From Candidatus Pacearchaeota archaeon (GTDB lineage Archaea > Nanobdellota > Nanobdellia > Pacearchaeales > UBA284), in the NCBI GenBank assembly GCA_026395795.1, contig JAPLYB010000040.1, positions 5,464 to 69,463 on the forward strand: a stretch of DNA of 64,000 bases, read 5' to 3'. The translations under genes and the position numbers were made by a program. Under the pieces are notes generated by a model. The model made no database searches. It saw nothing but the letters and a program-made list of their open reading frames with translations, and was not told the DNA's origin. Shown here piece after piece: positions 39,495 through 49,800 of this stretch (position 1 is its first letter; each line of letters opens with the position of its first letter).

Positions 39495-39818
39495 CTATTT
39501 TCTTACTTTTCTAGATTTGCTGGAAAACGTTCTCGTTTTCGGCATACCAAAAAACTTATGTTTTTTTAGCATTATAAAACTTGCTAGAGCAAGTAAAAAG
39601 ATAAAACCAAGTATAGACAGCAAGAACATTAGGACAATAGGTTGTCCTAAGAATCGGATCAAAGTTAAAACAATTAGTATAAAACTGACAAGAAGGATTA
39701 ACTTGAACCATTTTCTTCCTGATCGAAGTTCTTCAGGAGTAAACTTTGCGATTATCAATCCAATGGGATACCCAAGTAATGCTATAACAACTGCAAGTAT
39801 AATTTGCAACGGATTCAT
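39495..39818 (-). CDS. Small 3-TM membrane protein
   Basis: G.PIG..IA..T.EEL..GRKWF followed by hydrophobic helices. Confidence 0.65.
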   Translation of the reverse strand: MNPLQIILAVVIALLGYPIGLIIAKFTPEELRSGRKWFKLILLVSFILIVLTLIRFLGQPIVLMFLLSILGFIFLLALASFIMLKKHKFFGMPKTRTFSSKSRKVRK

Positions 39819-39924
39819 TTTCTGTTCTACATAAAAGAAGGATTAGGTTTTTATATTCTTCTCACAATTTGATTAAGCAAGTAATATAGATAATAGATAA
39901 TACATAATAAAAAAGGGGCAGTGT

Positions 39925-42000
39925 ATGAAAGATATGAAGAATATGAAAGATGATATTGAAAAAAAGATTGAAAAGCCGGTGTTTGATGATGCAAATTATA
40001 AAAAGAAAAAAATCAAAAAGAGACTTTTTTGGTTGATAATAATCTTATTTGTTGTTTTGGTTATTCCTTTTACACCAAAATTAATTTCTGAGTTTAATGA
40101 TCTTTCTGGAAAAGATATTGTGATAAAGGTTGATTCAAATAAACAAGACTTCTTTCTAAAAAACGGGGAGCAAGAAAATGTAAGTTTCAAAATTTCATTA
40201 AGAGGTAATTCTCTTTGTACCGCTAAATGTTCCCATAAATTTTTAGACATAAGCACAAACCAATCAGTAAAGAAAGAAAATTTTACACTTGGAGCATTAT
40301 CACAGACAGTTTCTTTTGCTTTATCTCCAAAACACTTGGGAAAAGGACAAGAGTTATATAGACTTGACTTGGTTTGCCAAGGCAGATATACTGCCCTATG
40401 CCACACAAGCCAAAGAGAGTCGTCAATAAAGATACTTGTAACACTGCAACATAATCTTAATGATGAAGAAAATATAATAAAAGATAATTCCATTCTAAAG
40501 TTGACTGCATTCAATGATAAAGTAAACAACTGGCACACTAACTTAGATTCTTTTATAGTACTACTAAATGAAATGAATAAGTCAACATATGTTGACAAGT
40601 TATTAAATGAAACCTCAGTTTTGGAAGAAAACCTAAAAGACATTGATAAAAACATAGTAAAACTGCAAAAGCTATGGAAAGAACAAGACTTGTTTGCATT
40701 AGAAACAGAAATCACTTCCAGTCAATCTCTTTTTGAAAGTTACGGAAAGAATTTTTCTAGGATAAATGAGAAAATTGATGAAAATGTATCTAGATACAAT
40801 GAATTAGTATTCAAGGTAAATTCAGTTATAAGCATGTTAGACGAAATGAGAACTGCAATTATTCTTAACTTAACAAATTTCTCAAGGGGACAAGAAGTCA
40901 ATCAGACAATAAATGAGTTTAACGCTGCTTTGATAATCCTTGAACAAAAGAATTATCTTGAAATAAAAGAACAATCAATTCTTCCTGTTCTCCAAAAAAC
41001 AACAGAACTTTATTCAGATTTCAAGTCTCAGACCTTTGGGATAATTGTAAAGCCGAACCCTATGCCAGAGAAGGATTATACAGAGATTAACAAAACAAAG
41101 CTGACTAAGATAGAAATAATACAAATTCCTTTCTCAAATCACATCACCTTTGAAAAGCCTGCTGAACAATGCTGCATCAAAAATGAATGTGAAGACTGTT
41201 GTTTATCAGGAATTTGTCAAGAAGAAAACCTTCCGATACTTTTTGTTCACGGTCATGATTTTAGTAAATACGCTCCAGCAGAATATAATTTAGATATTCA
41301 AAGCAAGATACAAGAAAGATTAGAAGAAGAAAACTTCATAGACGCAGGATCGATATACATCGACTCAAAAATAGATTATCCAGGAGTATGGGGAAATGCA
41401 AATGTTCCCATAACATTGAGATCAAGCTATTATTTTGGTTTGAAAAACGAATCTGGGCAATACATCTTAGTACAGACAAAAGAGGAGAATATCACAGAAT
41501 ATGCGACCAGATTAAAACAATTGATTGATATTATAAAATATAAAACCGGCAAACCAAAAGTTGTCATTGTTGCGTACAGCATGGGTGGTCTCGTTTCTCG
41601 AAGATACTTGCAGTTGTTCGGAGAACAGGATGTTGATAAACTCATTCTTTTTGCAACACCAAACCAGGGGATTGAGGGAGAGATTTCAAGTGCTTGTCCA
41701 TTAATTGGGGGCAAGAAAGAATGTGAAGATATGAATGTTAACAGCACATTCATGAAAGAATTAAGTCAAGCTCCAAAAATACAGATTTCGGTTTACGCGA
41801 TAATTGGAACAGGATGTACAATGCTGCAAGGGAAGGGAGATGGTATTGTTCTTGAAAAGAACGCAAGGCTTGAAGGAGCAAAAACTTTTGTAGTAAAGGG
41901 TGATTGTTCTGAAGGATTTTTACACACAAAAATTAATGATCCAGATCTTTATCCTCAAGCATATGGGATTATAGAAGAAATTCTGAAGGGTGAAACTTGA
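39925..42000 (+). CDS. Membrane-anchored alpha/beta hydrolase (lipase/PGAP1-like) on a coiled-coil stalk
   Basis: N-terminal TM; ILFVHGH, AYSMGG nucleophile elbow, ATPNQG, GDGIV, late His. Confidence 0.82.
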   Translation: MKDMKNMKDDIEKKIEKPVFDDANYKKKKIKKRLFWLIIILFVVLVIPFTPKLISEFNDLSGKDIVIKVDSNKQDFFLKNGEQENVSFKISLRGNSLCTAKCSHKFLDISTNQSVKKENFTLGALSQTVSFALSPKHLGKGQELYRLDLVCQGRYTALCHTSQRESSIKILVTLQHNLNDEENIIKDNSILKLTAFNDKVNNWHTNLDSFIVLLNEMNKSTYVDKLLNETSVLEENLKDIDKNIVKLQKLWKEQDLFALETEITSSQSLFESYGKNFSRINEKIDENVSRYNELVFKVNSVISMLDEMRTAIILNLTNFSRGQEVNQTINEFNAALIILEQKNYLEIKEQSILPVLQKTTELYSDFKSQTFGIIVKPNPMPEKDYTEINKTKLTKIEIIQIPFSNHITFEKPAEQCCIKNECEDCCLSGICQEENLPILFVHGHDFSKYAPAEYNLDIQSKIQERLEEENFIDAGSIYIDSKIDYPGVWGNANVPITLRSSYYFGLKNESGQYILVQTKEENITEYATRLKQLIDIIKYKTGKPKVVIVAYSMGGLVSRRYLQLFGEQDVDKLILFATPNQGIEGEISSACPLIGGKKECEDMNVNSTFMKELSQAPKIQISVYAIIGTGCTMLQGKGDGIVLEKNARLEGAKTFVVKGDCSEGFLHTKINDPDLYPQAYGIIEEILKGET

Positions 42001-42117
42001 TTATTCTAAACCTCTAGAGATGAAAAAACTCTTTAGCATTTTTATCTGTTTGCTTTTCAATTTCTTCATTTTTAAATTAAAACATAAGTATAAATAACCC
42101 AGAGATAGTAATTTAAT

Positions 42118-43092
42118 ATGGTCCAATATCCTTCAACAGCTCTTGCTATTCTTAAAAAAGCCAGATGTCCTAATTGTAATAACAAGGTATTGGGTTGGAA
42201 TGAAGAGGTATATTCTTCTTGGTTAAAATATCTAAACGGTAAAAACCGCGATCAACTGATAAAAGATACCTCTTTTTCAAACTATGTATCTTTAAAGTAT
42301 CATTTCAAAAAACACCCTTGCTATAAAAAAATTGCATATATTAGAAAGAGATACTTTAGGATAGTTAAAACAACAGTTAAAAATAACATTGAAGATCACC
42401 CTTGGTTACTGGGTTTTTATTACGCGGATGGATTTACCCGTACAAACAGAACTCAATTGGCTTTTGTCCCAAGTAAAAACGAGGAAATCATAGCCGATCG
42501 TATAGAAAAAGAGTTAAAAAGTCTTCTAGAAGGAGAAATTTGTATTAATCGTGATTATATTGATAATATGATTCAAGTGCGTACTCACAGTTGTGAACTT
42601 GCTCGATCTTTCCCAGATAAAAAATCTGAAAAACAATTTAAGAAAATTTGGGATTCCTTGAACACTGAATCTAAAAAGAAGTTAATAGCCGGATTTATTG
42701 ACGGGGACGGTTCTTGTCAATTTGATGTGGGAGTAAATTCCATTCAGGTATACAGTAAAATTGTTCCCTTTATTTTGAGACCATTTAAAGAATTTTTATC
42801 TTATTTTGGCCATGTATCACAACAAAACTATAATTTATACCTATCTCCCAACATCGGAAAGCTATTAAAACCATATATAGAAAAAAGAAACATATCTTCA
42901 CCTTATGAAGGGAAGGTAGATACAAAGAAAGCCTTTAACTTCCTAAAAAATGACATACCAATGCGAGAAATAGCTAGACAGATGCACAAAGACCGAAAAA
43001 CTATTTCCTTGGCTCTAAAAAAGGTGTATGGTCCATCAAAAATACAAATCTATTTGAATAGGTATAACACCAAATTAAACTCGAATAGGTAA
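42118..43092 (+). CDS. Free-standing LAGLIDADG endonuclease-like protein with N-terminal CxxC and C-terminal HTH
   Basis: LLGFYYADG and LIAGFIDGDG; MREIARQM HTH. Confidence 0.8.
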   Translation: MVQYPSTALAILKKARCPNCNNKVLGWNEEVYSSWLKYLNGKNRDQLIKDTSFSNYVSLKYHFKKHPCYKKIAYIRKRYFRIVKTTVKNNIEDHPWLLGFYYADGFTRTNRTQLAFVPSKNEEIIADRIEKELKSLLEGEICINRDYIDNMIQVRTHSCELARSFPDKKSEKQFKKIWDSLNTESKKKLIAGFIDGDGSCQFDVGVNSIQVYSKIVPFILRPFKEFLSYFGHVSQQNYNLYLSPNIGKLLKPYIEKRNISSPYEGKVDTKKAFNFLKNDIPMREIARQMHKDRKTISLALKKVYGPSKIQIYLNRYNTKLNSNR

Positions 43093-43854
43093 GGAAAAAA
43101 GATTAACTGCATTTTTGCCACAGATTTCAAAGACTTCTTTTAAGGAAACTTTTTTTATTTTAGCTATTTCTTCAGCAGGGATTAGGATATTAGTGGGATC
43201 TCCCCTTAAAACTTTGCCTTCAGAATCATTACCCCCAAACCAAGGAGAATCAGTTTCTAACATCAATCTTTCAATAGGCATATCTCTTACTACTTTTTTG
43301 TGCTTCTTTGAATGTGCAATTACTGGTCCAACAGAAACATACCAGTTGTTATCAATAATTTCCTTAACAAATTTGTTATCTCCCCACATATGCAATTGTA
43401 CTTTTTTAGCCCCATTTTCTTCAAGGATTCTTATAACTTCCTCGTGTGCATCTCTTGTATGTACTACAAGAACTTTATCCAAATCCTTAGCTAATTTTAT
43501 AGATTTTACAAAAAGTTCTTTTTGTTTTTCTCTTAATTTTTGATCTTTAATCCAAAAATAATCCAAACCTTGTTCTCCTATTCCATAAAGGACATCTTTA
43601 TTTTCTCTCAACCAATTAAAAGCTTTTTCTATTTTTCCATCTGTTAAATTTTCTACTTCTGCTGGATGAACCCCCCCAACAAGAAAAACAAAATCTTTAT
43701 AGTCTTGACTTATCTTTTTTGCTTTTTCAAAATCCTTTGGGTGCGCACAATTAGAAATTATTGCTTTAATCCCGAAATCTTTACATTTTTTTATAACTTT
43801 ATCTAAATCTTGGTCATATTCTTTCTGTTCTAAATGACAATGTGCATCTATCAT
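43075..43854 (-). CDS. tatD: TatD-family nuclease/hydrolase
   Basis: IDAHCHL, GVHP, IGEQGLDY, VHTR, LETDSPW. Confidence 0.93.
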   Translation of the reverse strand: MIDAHCHLEQKEYDQDLDKVIKKCKDFGIKAIISNCAHPKDFEKAKKISQDYKDFVFLVGGVHPAEVENLTDGKIEKAFNWLRENKDVLYGIGEQGLDYFWIKDQKLREKQKELFVKSIKLAKDLDKVLVVHTRDAHEEVIRILEENGAKKVQLHMWGDNKFVKEIIDNNWYVSVGPVIAHSKKHKKVVRDMPIERLMLETDSPWFGGNDSEGKVLRGDPTNILIPAEEIAKIKKVSLKEVFEICGKNAVNLFSLPIRV

Positions 43855-43909
43855 GTTTTAATTAAGATAAGGGTTAAATTTAAAAGTTTCTAATTCATGA
43901 GTGAGTTGA

Positions 43910-44032
43910 GGACCCGTAGCTCAGTTTGGATAGAGCACTTGCCTTCTAAAGGCTCTCTTTAAAAAAGAGACCCTGGAGAGAAATCTCAAAAAAGACAGCA
44001 AGGGGTCGCAGGTTCAAATCCTGTCGGGCCCG
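43910..44032 (+). tRNA. tRNA-Arg(TCT) with a 48-nt intron (43949-43996) at position 37/38
   Basis: GGACCCG-TAGCTCAG D arm; anticodon stem CTTGC/GCAAG; T arm GCAGG-TTCAAAT-CCTGT; 3' acceptor strand CGGGCCC-G. Confidence 0.92.
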
Positions 44033-44082
44033 TACCCCTTTGGGTTCGGAACCTTTATATAGTCGAGGAATGTGCTATATAC

Positions 44083-45357
44083 ATGGTTAAGAACATCGAG
44101 GAATATTCAGAACTTCTCGAGGACAAAGACCTCAGAAGATGGTACGAGAATGTTGGTAGAGGATCAAAGATAACTGCGGATGTTTATCTGAGAAGACTTG
44201 GCAACTTCTATAGAACTTATAAGAAAACTCCGAAGGAACTAATCAAGTTAAGTGAGAGAGGTGTTTACAACTTGATTCTGGATGTTATCGGAGATATGGA
44301 AAGCAAGAAATTTTCTGGGAGTTATATTCATTCTGTTATAAAGGCAATAAAGTCATGGTTAGCATTCAATGGCAAGGATATAAAGCGAAAAATAAGAATT
44401 AAGGGAGTTCAGGAAACCCCAACACTAGACAACGAAAGAATCCCTACACAAGACGAATTAAAAAAGATATTTTTGGCAGGGGATGAAAAAACAAGAACAG
44501 CATGCGCATTTCTTGCTCATTCTGGCTTGAGGCCCGAGGTGCTTGGGAATTATCGTGGAGATGACGGATTAAAAATAAGCGATCTTCCTGAACTTGAGAT
44601 TAAGGGCGATAAAGTTGAATTTAAAAAAATACCCGCCTTAATAAGAGTAAGGCCAACTTTAAGCAAAACAGGAAAAGAATACCTTACTTTCCTAAGTGAA
44701 GAAGGTTGTGAATATCTTAAAGCATATCTTGAAATGAGATTAAGAACAGGGAAATTAACAGAAAATTCAGCGATTATAACGCCAAAGCTGGCAAATAAAG
44801 AATTTATTACATCAATTAACATTGGAGATGCAATCAGGAAAGCCTTAAGAAAATCTGGTTTTCCTTGGCGTCCTTATGTTCTTAGGTCTTATTTTGATAC
44901 TCAAATGATGATAGCTGAATCAAAAGGCTTGATAATAAGGGATTACAGAACCTTCTTTATGGGGCATAAAGGAGATATCGAGCATGTTTATACACTCAAC
45001 AAAAAAAGGCTTCCAGAAAACATAGTAGAGAACCTCAGAGAATCCTATAAGAAAGCGCAAAAATACCTGCAAACAGGAGAAACTGGGAAGGATGAAGAAA
45101 TAACTAAATCATTCAAAAAACAACTATTGCTTGTCGCTGGCTTTAAAACTAGTGAGATTGAAGATAGCCAGTTAGCCCTTAATGATGATGAGTTTCAGAA
45201 GTTAGTAAGGGGGAAACTTCTTAAGAGTATGGAGAACAATGGCATCAAGCAAAAAATAATTCCCACAGCGCATATTGAAAATTATATAACGCAAGGATGG
45301 GAATTTGTATCAAACCTGCCGGATAATCGTGCAGTTATCCGAGTGCCCGAGAATTAA
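44083..45357 (+). CDS. Tyrosine recombinase / integrase
   Basis: SGLRPE (R), LSKTG (K), YVLRSYF, FMGH, catalytic Tyr in HVYT. Confidence 0.93.
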   Translation: MVKNIEEYSELLEDKDLRRWYENVGRGSKITADVYLRRLGNFYRTYKKTPKELIKLSERGVYNLILDVIGDMESKKFSGSYIHSVIKAIKSWLAFNGKDIKRKIRIKGVQETPTLDNERIPTQDELKKIFLAGDEKTRTACAFLAHSGLRPEVLGNYRGDDGLKISDLPELEIKGDKVEFKKIPALIRVRPTLSKTGKEYLTFLSEEGCEYLKAYLEMRLRTGKLTENSAIITPKLANKEFITSINIGDAIRKALRKSGFPWRPYVLRSYFDTQMMIAESKGLIIRDYRTFFMGHKGDIEHVYTLNKKRLPENIVENLRESYKKAQKYLQTGETGKDEEITKSFKKQLLLVAGFKTSEIEDSQLALNDDEFQKLVRGKLLKSMENNGIKQKIIPTAHIENYITQGWEFVSNLPDNRAVIRVPEN

Positions 45358-45677
45358 TCTCCCTTTTCTTTTTCTTTATACAAGAAAAACAATATAGGAA
45401 TAGCATCTTTGGATTTTTTCATTTTTCTTAATTCTTTTTCAAAATCTTTCTGATTCTCATGAAAAATCATCTTGTAAGAGAATTTTGATTTTTTATCTTC
45501 TAATTGAGGGAATTTATCTAAAAACTTTTTCTTAAGCCTTATTAAATTCCATGCGCCTTGATTAGTGGTATAAGAGACTATTCCTTTAACACAAACACTT
45601 GGAGTAACTGGTCTTAATACCTGTAAATCACTATCTTTAATTTCCTCATCTCTAAGGTCTTCTTTTACAAGAGTCAT
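45354..45677 (-). CDS. Hypothetical protein, convergent with the integrase
   Basis: 107-aa ORF with SD-like AGGTGGTGA upstream. Confidence 0.55.
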   Translation of the reverse strand: MTLVKEDLRDEEIKDSDLQVLRPVTPSVCVKGIVSYTTNQGAWNLIRLKKKFLDKFPQLEDKKSKFSYKMIFHENQKDFEKELRKMKKSKDAIPILFFLYKEKEKGD

Positions 45678-46140
45678 TCTTTCACCACCTTGTAAGCAGA
45701 ATTTAGATAATTCTCACATAAAATGCAACACAGAACATAAACATAAAACCCCAAACATGAAATGAATGGGGTTGGCATGTTACATGCCCTCCTTAAAGTA
45801 CATAACAGGAATCTTAAATACAAGAAAGTTAATATAAAACAGAACTGACTCTAATTTCTCATTCTTCAAATTACTCTGAAGCTTGATCATGTTTTTCCTA
45901 TCAAACTCTTTAACGCCATCAAGGGTTTTTATCTACTCTAACATATATTTTCAAGTATATATAAAGCTTTCTAATAGTATCACTGCAAAATGACAAACGA
46001 TAGAAAAATTTAAAAGAGCTGAAGTCTTATTTTATGAATCGCCCATTTTTTAAAAACCAGAATATAAAGAGGTTCAACTATTGACCGAAGATTTACATAA
46101 TTTTTATAAAGCTCGACAACTATACTTCATTAATAGGAAA

Positions 46141-46890
46141 ATGAGTAAAAGAGGACAAGTTACTTTATTTGTAATTATCGCGATTATTATAGTTGCTTTA
46201 GCTTTGTCCTTCTTTTTTATATTTAAAGAAAAGATTGCTATCCCAAGAATAGATCCAAAACAAATCATAGAAACGAGAACAAGAATGGATTACATCTCTG
46301 AGAAGTCAACTTATGATATTCTTTACAAAATTGGTGAACAAGGGGGTTATTTAGATTTACCCCCACAGTCTTTAATAACTGAAAACAAACAAATAGCCTA
46401 TTCACTTTATGATAATAAGAATAATCTTCCTTCTTTGAGTTTTATTGAAAACGAAATTTCAGATTATACGGAAAAAACCATTGTTTTTTATTTAAATGAT
46501 TATTACAGAACAAATTCAACAAGTTCAAACATAAACTCAACAAATTTTGATTTTGATAATATAAGTGTCCAAACAATCATACAAAATGAGGAGATTATAA
46601 TTAAAACTAGTCTTCCAACAACAATTCAGGGCAAAAATGATGAAACTTTTCACATAGATTCTTATACAACGACAGTTCCATTTCAGTTTGGTTATGTTTA
46701 TTCTATTGCTAAAGATATTACAGAAAGAAGATTAAGACATCAAGCAATAGACGAATCTTATTTCAGAAACAAGGCTCTTTCAGTTGATGTAATTCCTATA
46801 GACTCAACAAAAATCATCTATAGTTTAAAGAAGTTCGATAATGCAAACAATAAAACCTTTGTCTTCAATGTAGCTTTTTTTGAACCATGA
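46141..46890 (+). CDS. Pilin-like protein with class III signal peptide (third family member)
   Basis: MSKRG|QVTLFVIIAIIIV; IGEQGGY; C-terminal FVFNV; ATGA overlap with the next gene. Confidence 0.8.
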   Translation: MSKRGQVTLFVIIAIIIVALALSFFFIFKEKIAIPRIDPKQIIETRTRMDYISEKSTYDILYKIGEQGGYLDLPPQSLITENKQIAYSLYDNKNNLPSLSFIENEISDYTEKTIVFYLNDYYRTNSTSSNINSTNFDFDNISVQTIIQNEEIIIKTSLPTTIQGKNDETFHIDSYTTTVPFQFGYVYSIAKDITERRLRHQAIDESYFRNKALSVDVIPIDSTKIIYSLKKFDNANNKTFVFNVAFFEP

Positions 46891-49800
46891 AAAGAAAAAC
46901 AAACCAACAGATGATTAAAAGTGTAATTTCAATGTTTATAATTATCCTAATTATATCCACAACTTTTTCAAGTTCAGTCCAGATTGCAAAAGCAGATGAA
47001 ACCTTAAATCCTGAACAAAGCACAAAACTATTGGAACTTTTACATGATAAAACTTCAGCTTCAGCATATTTTTCAAACAAAGCAAACTTTAATCAAGATC
47101 CTTTTCTAAGCCAAGCTTATTTTGGAAACATTTCTACTTCTACATTTTCTTTTTGGAGAGATAAAAATTTAGTGTATAATAGCCAGAATAATGAGATAAG
47201 CAATAGCAAGTTCGTAATAAACTTAAATGATTTTTACCAAGACTCTTTGTTTTTTTATGGGGATAAAAGCATTGAGCTTAATGGAAACAAAATTTATGGA
47301 AATGCATATATATCAAAGGCAAATGATACTTTTGAAGAAACATTTATTCTTAAAACTAATTTTCCAAATCTTGATAAGATTCTTGTAACTTTCAAAAGCA
47401 ATAATGCAACAATAAATATCACCCCCGACAGCCTAGTTTTTCAGGGGCATGTTGTTGTAGATGTTTTCCTAAAAACCAAAAGAAAAATCTCTTTTGAATC
47501 ATTTAGTATCACAAAAATAAATAAAGACCTAAAAATAGAATCAAGAGATTCTTCATTAACTTTGTCAAAAATCTTTGAGCCAACTCAAAATAACTTTGAG
47601 TTTTATTTTCCAGAACACAAATTTCAAGGAACATCAATAATCTTCTTCAAAAATGCGAGCATTGACTCAATAGATAAAGCACAATTAATAAACTCTTCAT
47701 ATTTTGACGATAATTTTTATGCCAATTATAATAGTGGCTTCTTTTCTTATACTTTAAACAAGCAAAACTTATTTTTTAATTCAAAACCAACAACCTCGGG
47801 AATATTCATAGATTCAAATAAAATAACTGCTCGGGGAATTTTCTCAATATTTATTGACAAATCGCGCTTAAATATAAACTCTGAAAATGGAAATTCGGTT
47901 TTAGAGTATTCATGGACAAAAACGAATGATAATTATAACTATGAATATAGTGCAAATGGGAATTTAAGTATAGATACGAGAGATTATAGCACTAGAGGAG
48001 ATTTAAAAATTTCTGAGAAAACAACAGATAATATAAAAAATTTAGATGTCTCTTTACAATCAAGCCAATCAGCTGTATTAAAAATAAAAGTGTATTCTGA
48101 TGATTCTTACTTTTCAGAAGCTTTAGATATTCCTATAACCCTCAAAAAATCTACTAGTTCCTTTTTAATTGATGAAAAAACACTAAAACAGATAACTGAG
48201 TTAAAAACGAAAAACGGAATAGGTCTTTATTATTCAAAGATAAAAGTAACTACAGGAAATAATGTTCTTAATATAGACCCAGAGACTAGTTGGTTTAATA
48301 CAATTCAAATAGACAAATCAATTACGGGTCAGACTATAATAAACATTATTGGCAAAGCAATTCAAAATAATCCTGAAACAGAACCAGAAGGCAAGTTTAA
48401 TGTTCTTTCCCCAGACCAAGTTTCTCAAGAAATAGGACAAGTTAATGATGAAATTTGGATTGATGGTGTGCAAAATGCAAAACTTGAGACTTTTGCTCGA
48501 GCATTAAGGGAAGCAAAATGGCAACAAGCCTCTTCAATTCTTTCAGGGTTTAAGTCTTCAGGGGATGAAACAAACTTAGCCATATACAGTAGAATAAAAG
48601 AAAATGACCCCATTCTTGTTGAACAACTAGAGTCGAATCAATTTTCCTCTACCTTTTTTAAGAACCTCGCAAATTCTATAGATTATCTAAAAAAATCAGA
48701 AACAGCTGAACAAGAGTATTCTAATATTCAAAAACAGTTTTCAGCTAAAAATCTAAAGTATGATGTTTCTCCAGTAGAACTAGAATGCAAGAATAAATAC
48801 CTTCTTTATAACAGATTTCAGATTATTTCTCAGTCTGGAGAAAATTCAGAACAATCTCCAGTAGAATACAAAGCAAGTGAGATTGCAAGTTCAATTGGAG
48901 TTTCAGTTTATCAGCTATATCAATTAAACAAAGATCAATTACTTGGTGCTATTTATGATTTTGATAAAAACGAGATAATTGATTCAAAAACAAATGAACC
49001 TTTCTTATTTAATGAAAATATTACTTTTCTTGCTCCAGACACGCCCCTTACTTTGTCGGCAAAAGAACAATTTGTTGAATCTCTAAGAACACAAGTTTAT
49101 GCTTCAAGATACTACAAAACAGCTTATTCTGGGATAAAAAGCTTAACAACTGCGGATGAAGACGCAAGACAGCAAGTAGATAATCTAAATAATCAAATCG
49201 CAAATGACAAGAAAGTTTATGCTTTCCACAAATTCTTAAGAGATAATCAAATAGACAAAAAAATTCACGATAAAAAATATAGTGAAGCTTCTCAATTACT
49301 TGATAAATACCCTGAAAAATCATTTGTTTCTCAGTATATAAAAGAAAAACTGCAAGATAAAGAAATTGATTTTTCGCAAGGGGATATTTATGCTATGCCC
49401 ATAGATGAACAAACTCCTGGATTTGGTTTTACTGGAATGATTGTTGCTAATACAGAAACATTTTCAAGAAATCCCCTAATTCAAACTTTAATGGGAGTAG
49501 ATTCTTCTGTAAAATCTGGATTAGAGTCAGGTATAATTAAAAATTTCAGAGAGCAACTTGGATTAAATAAAGAAAGTTTATTGGATTCAGATGCATTAGA
49601 ACTTCTTGCTTCATACAACGCTCTTGAAGAGTATACTAACAAATACAAACAAATAGAAGTAGGCATTAATGACAAAACAATTATTCCTAGCGAAGCACTT
49701 GAAGAAGAAATTGCTATAATCAATCAAAAAATAGCAGATTACACTAAAAAAAGCGATAATCTTTGGTTTAATGCTTACAGAAAGTTTATGCTTTCTTCAA

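Noticed and set aside
39996-40715. 239-aa antisense ORF and the many other short antisense ORFs in the track
   Set aside because: Shadow frames of well-supported genes, with no motifs
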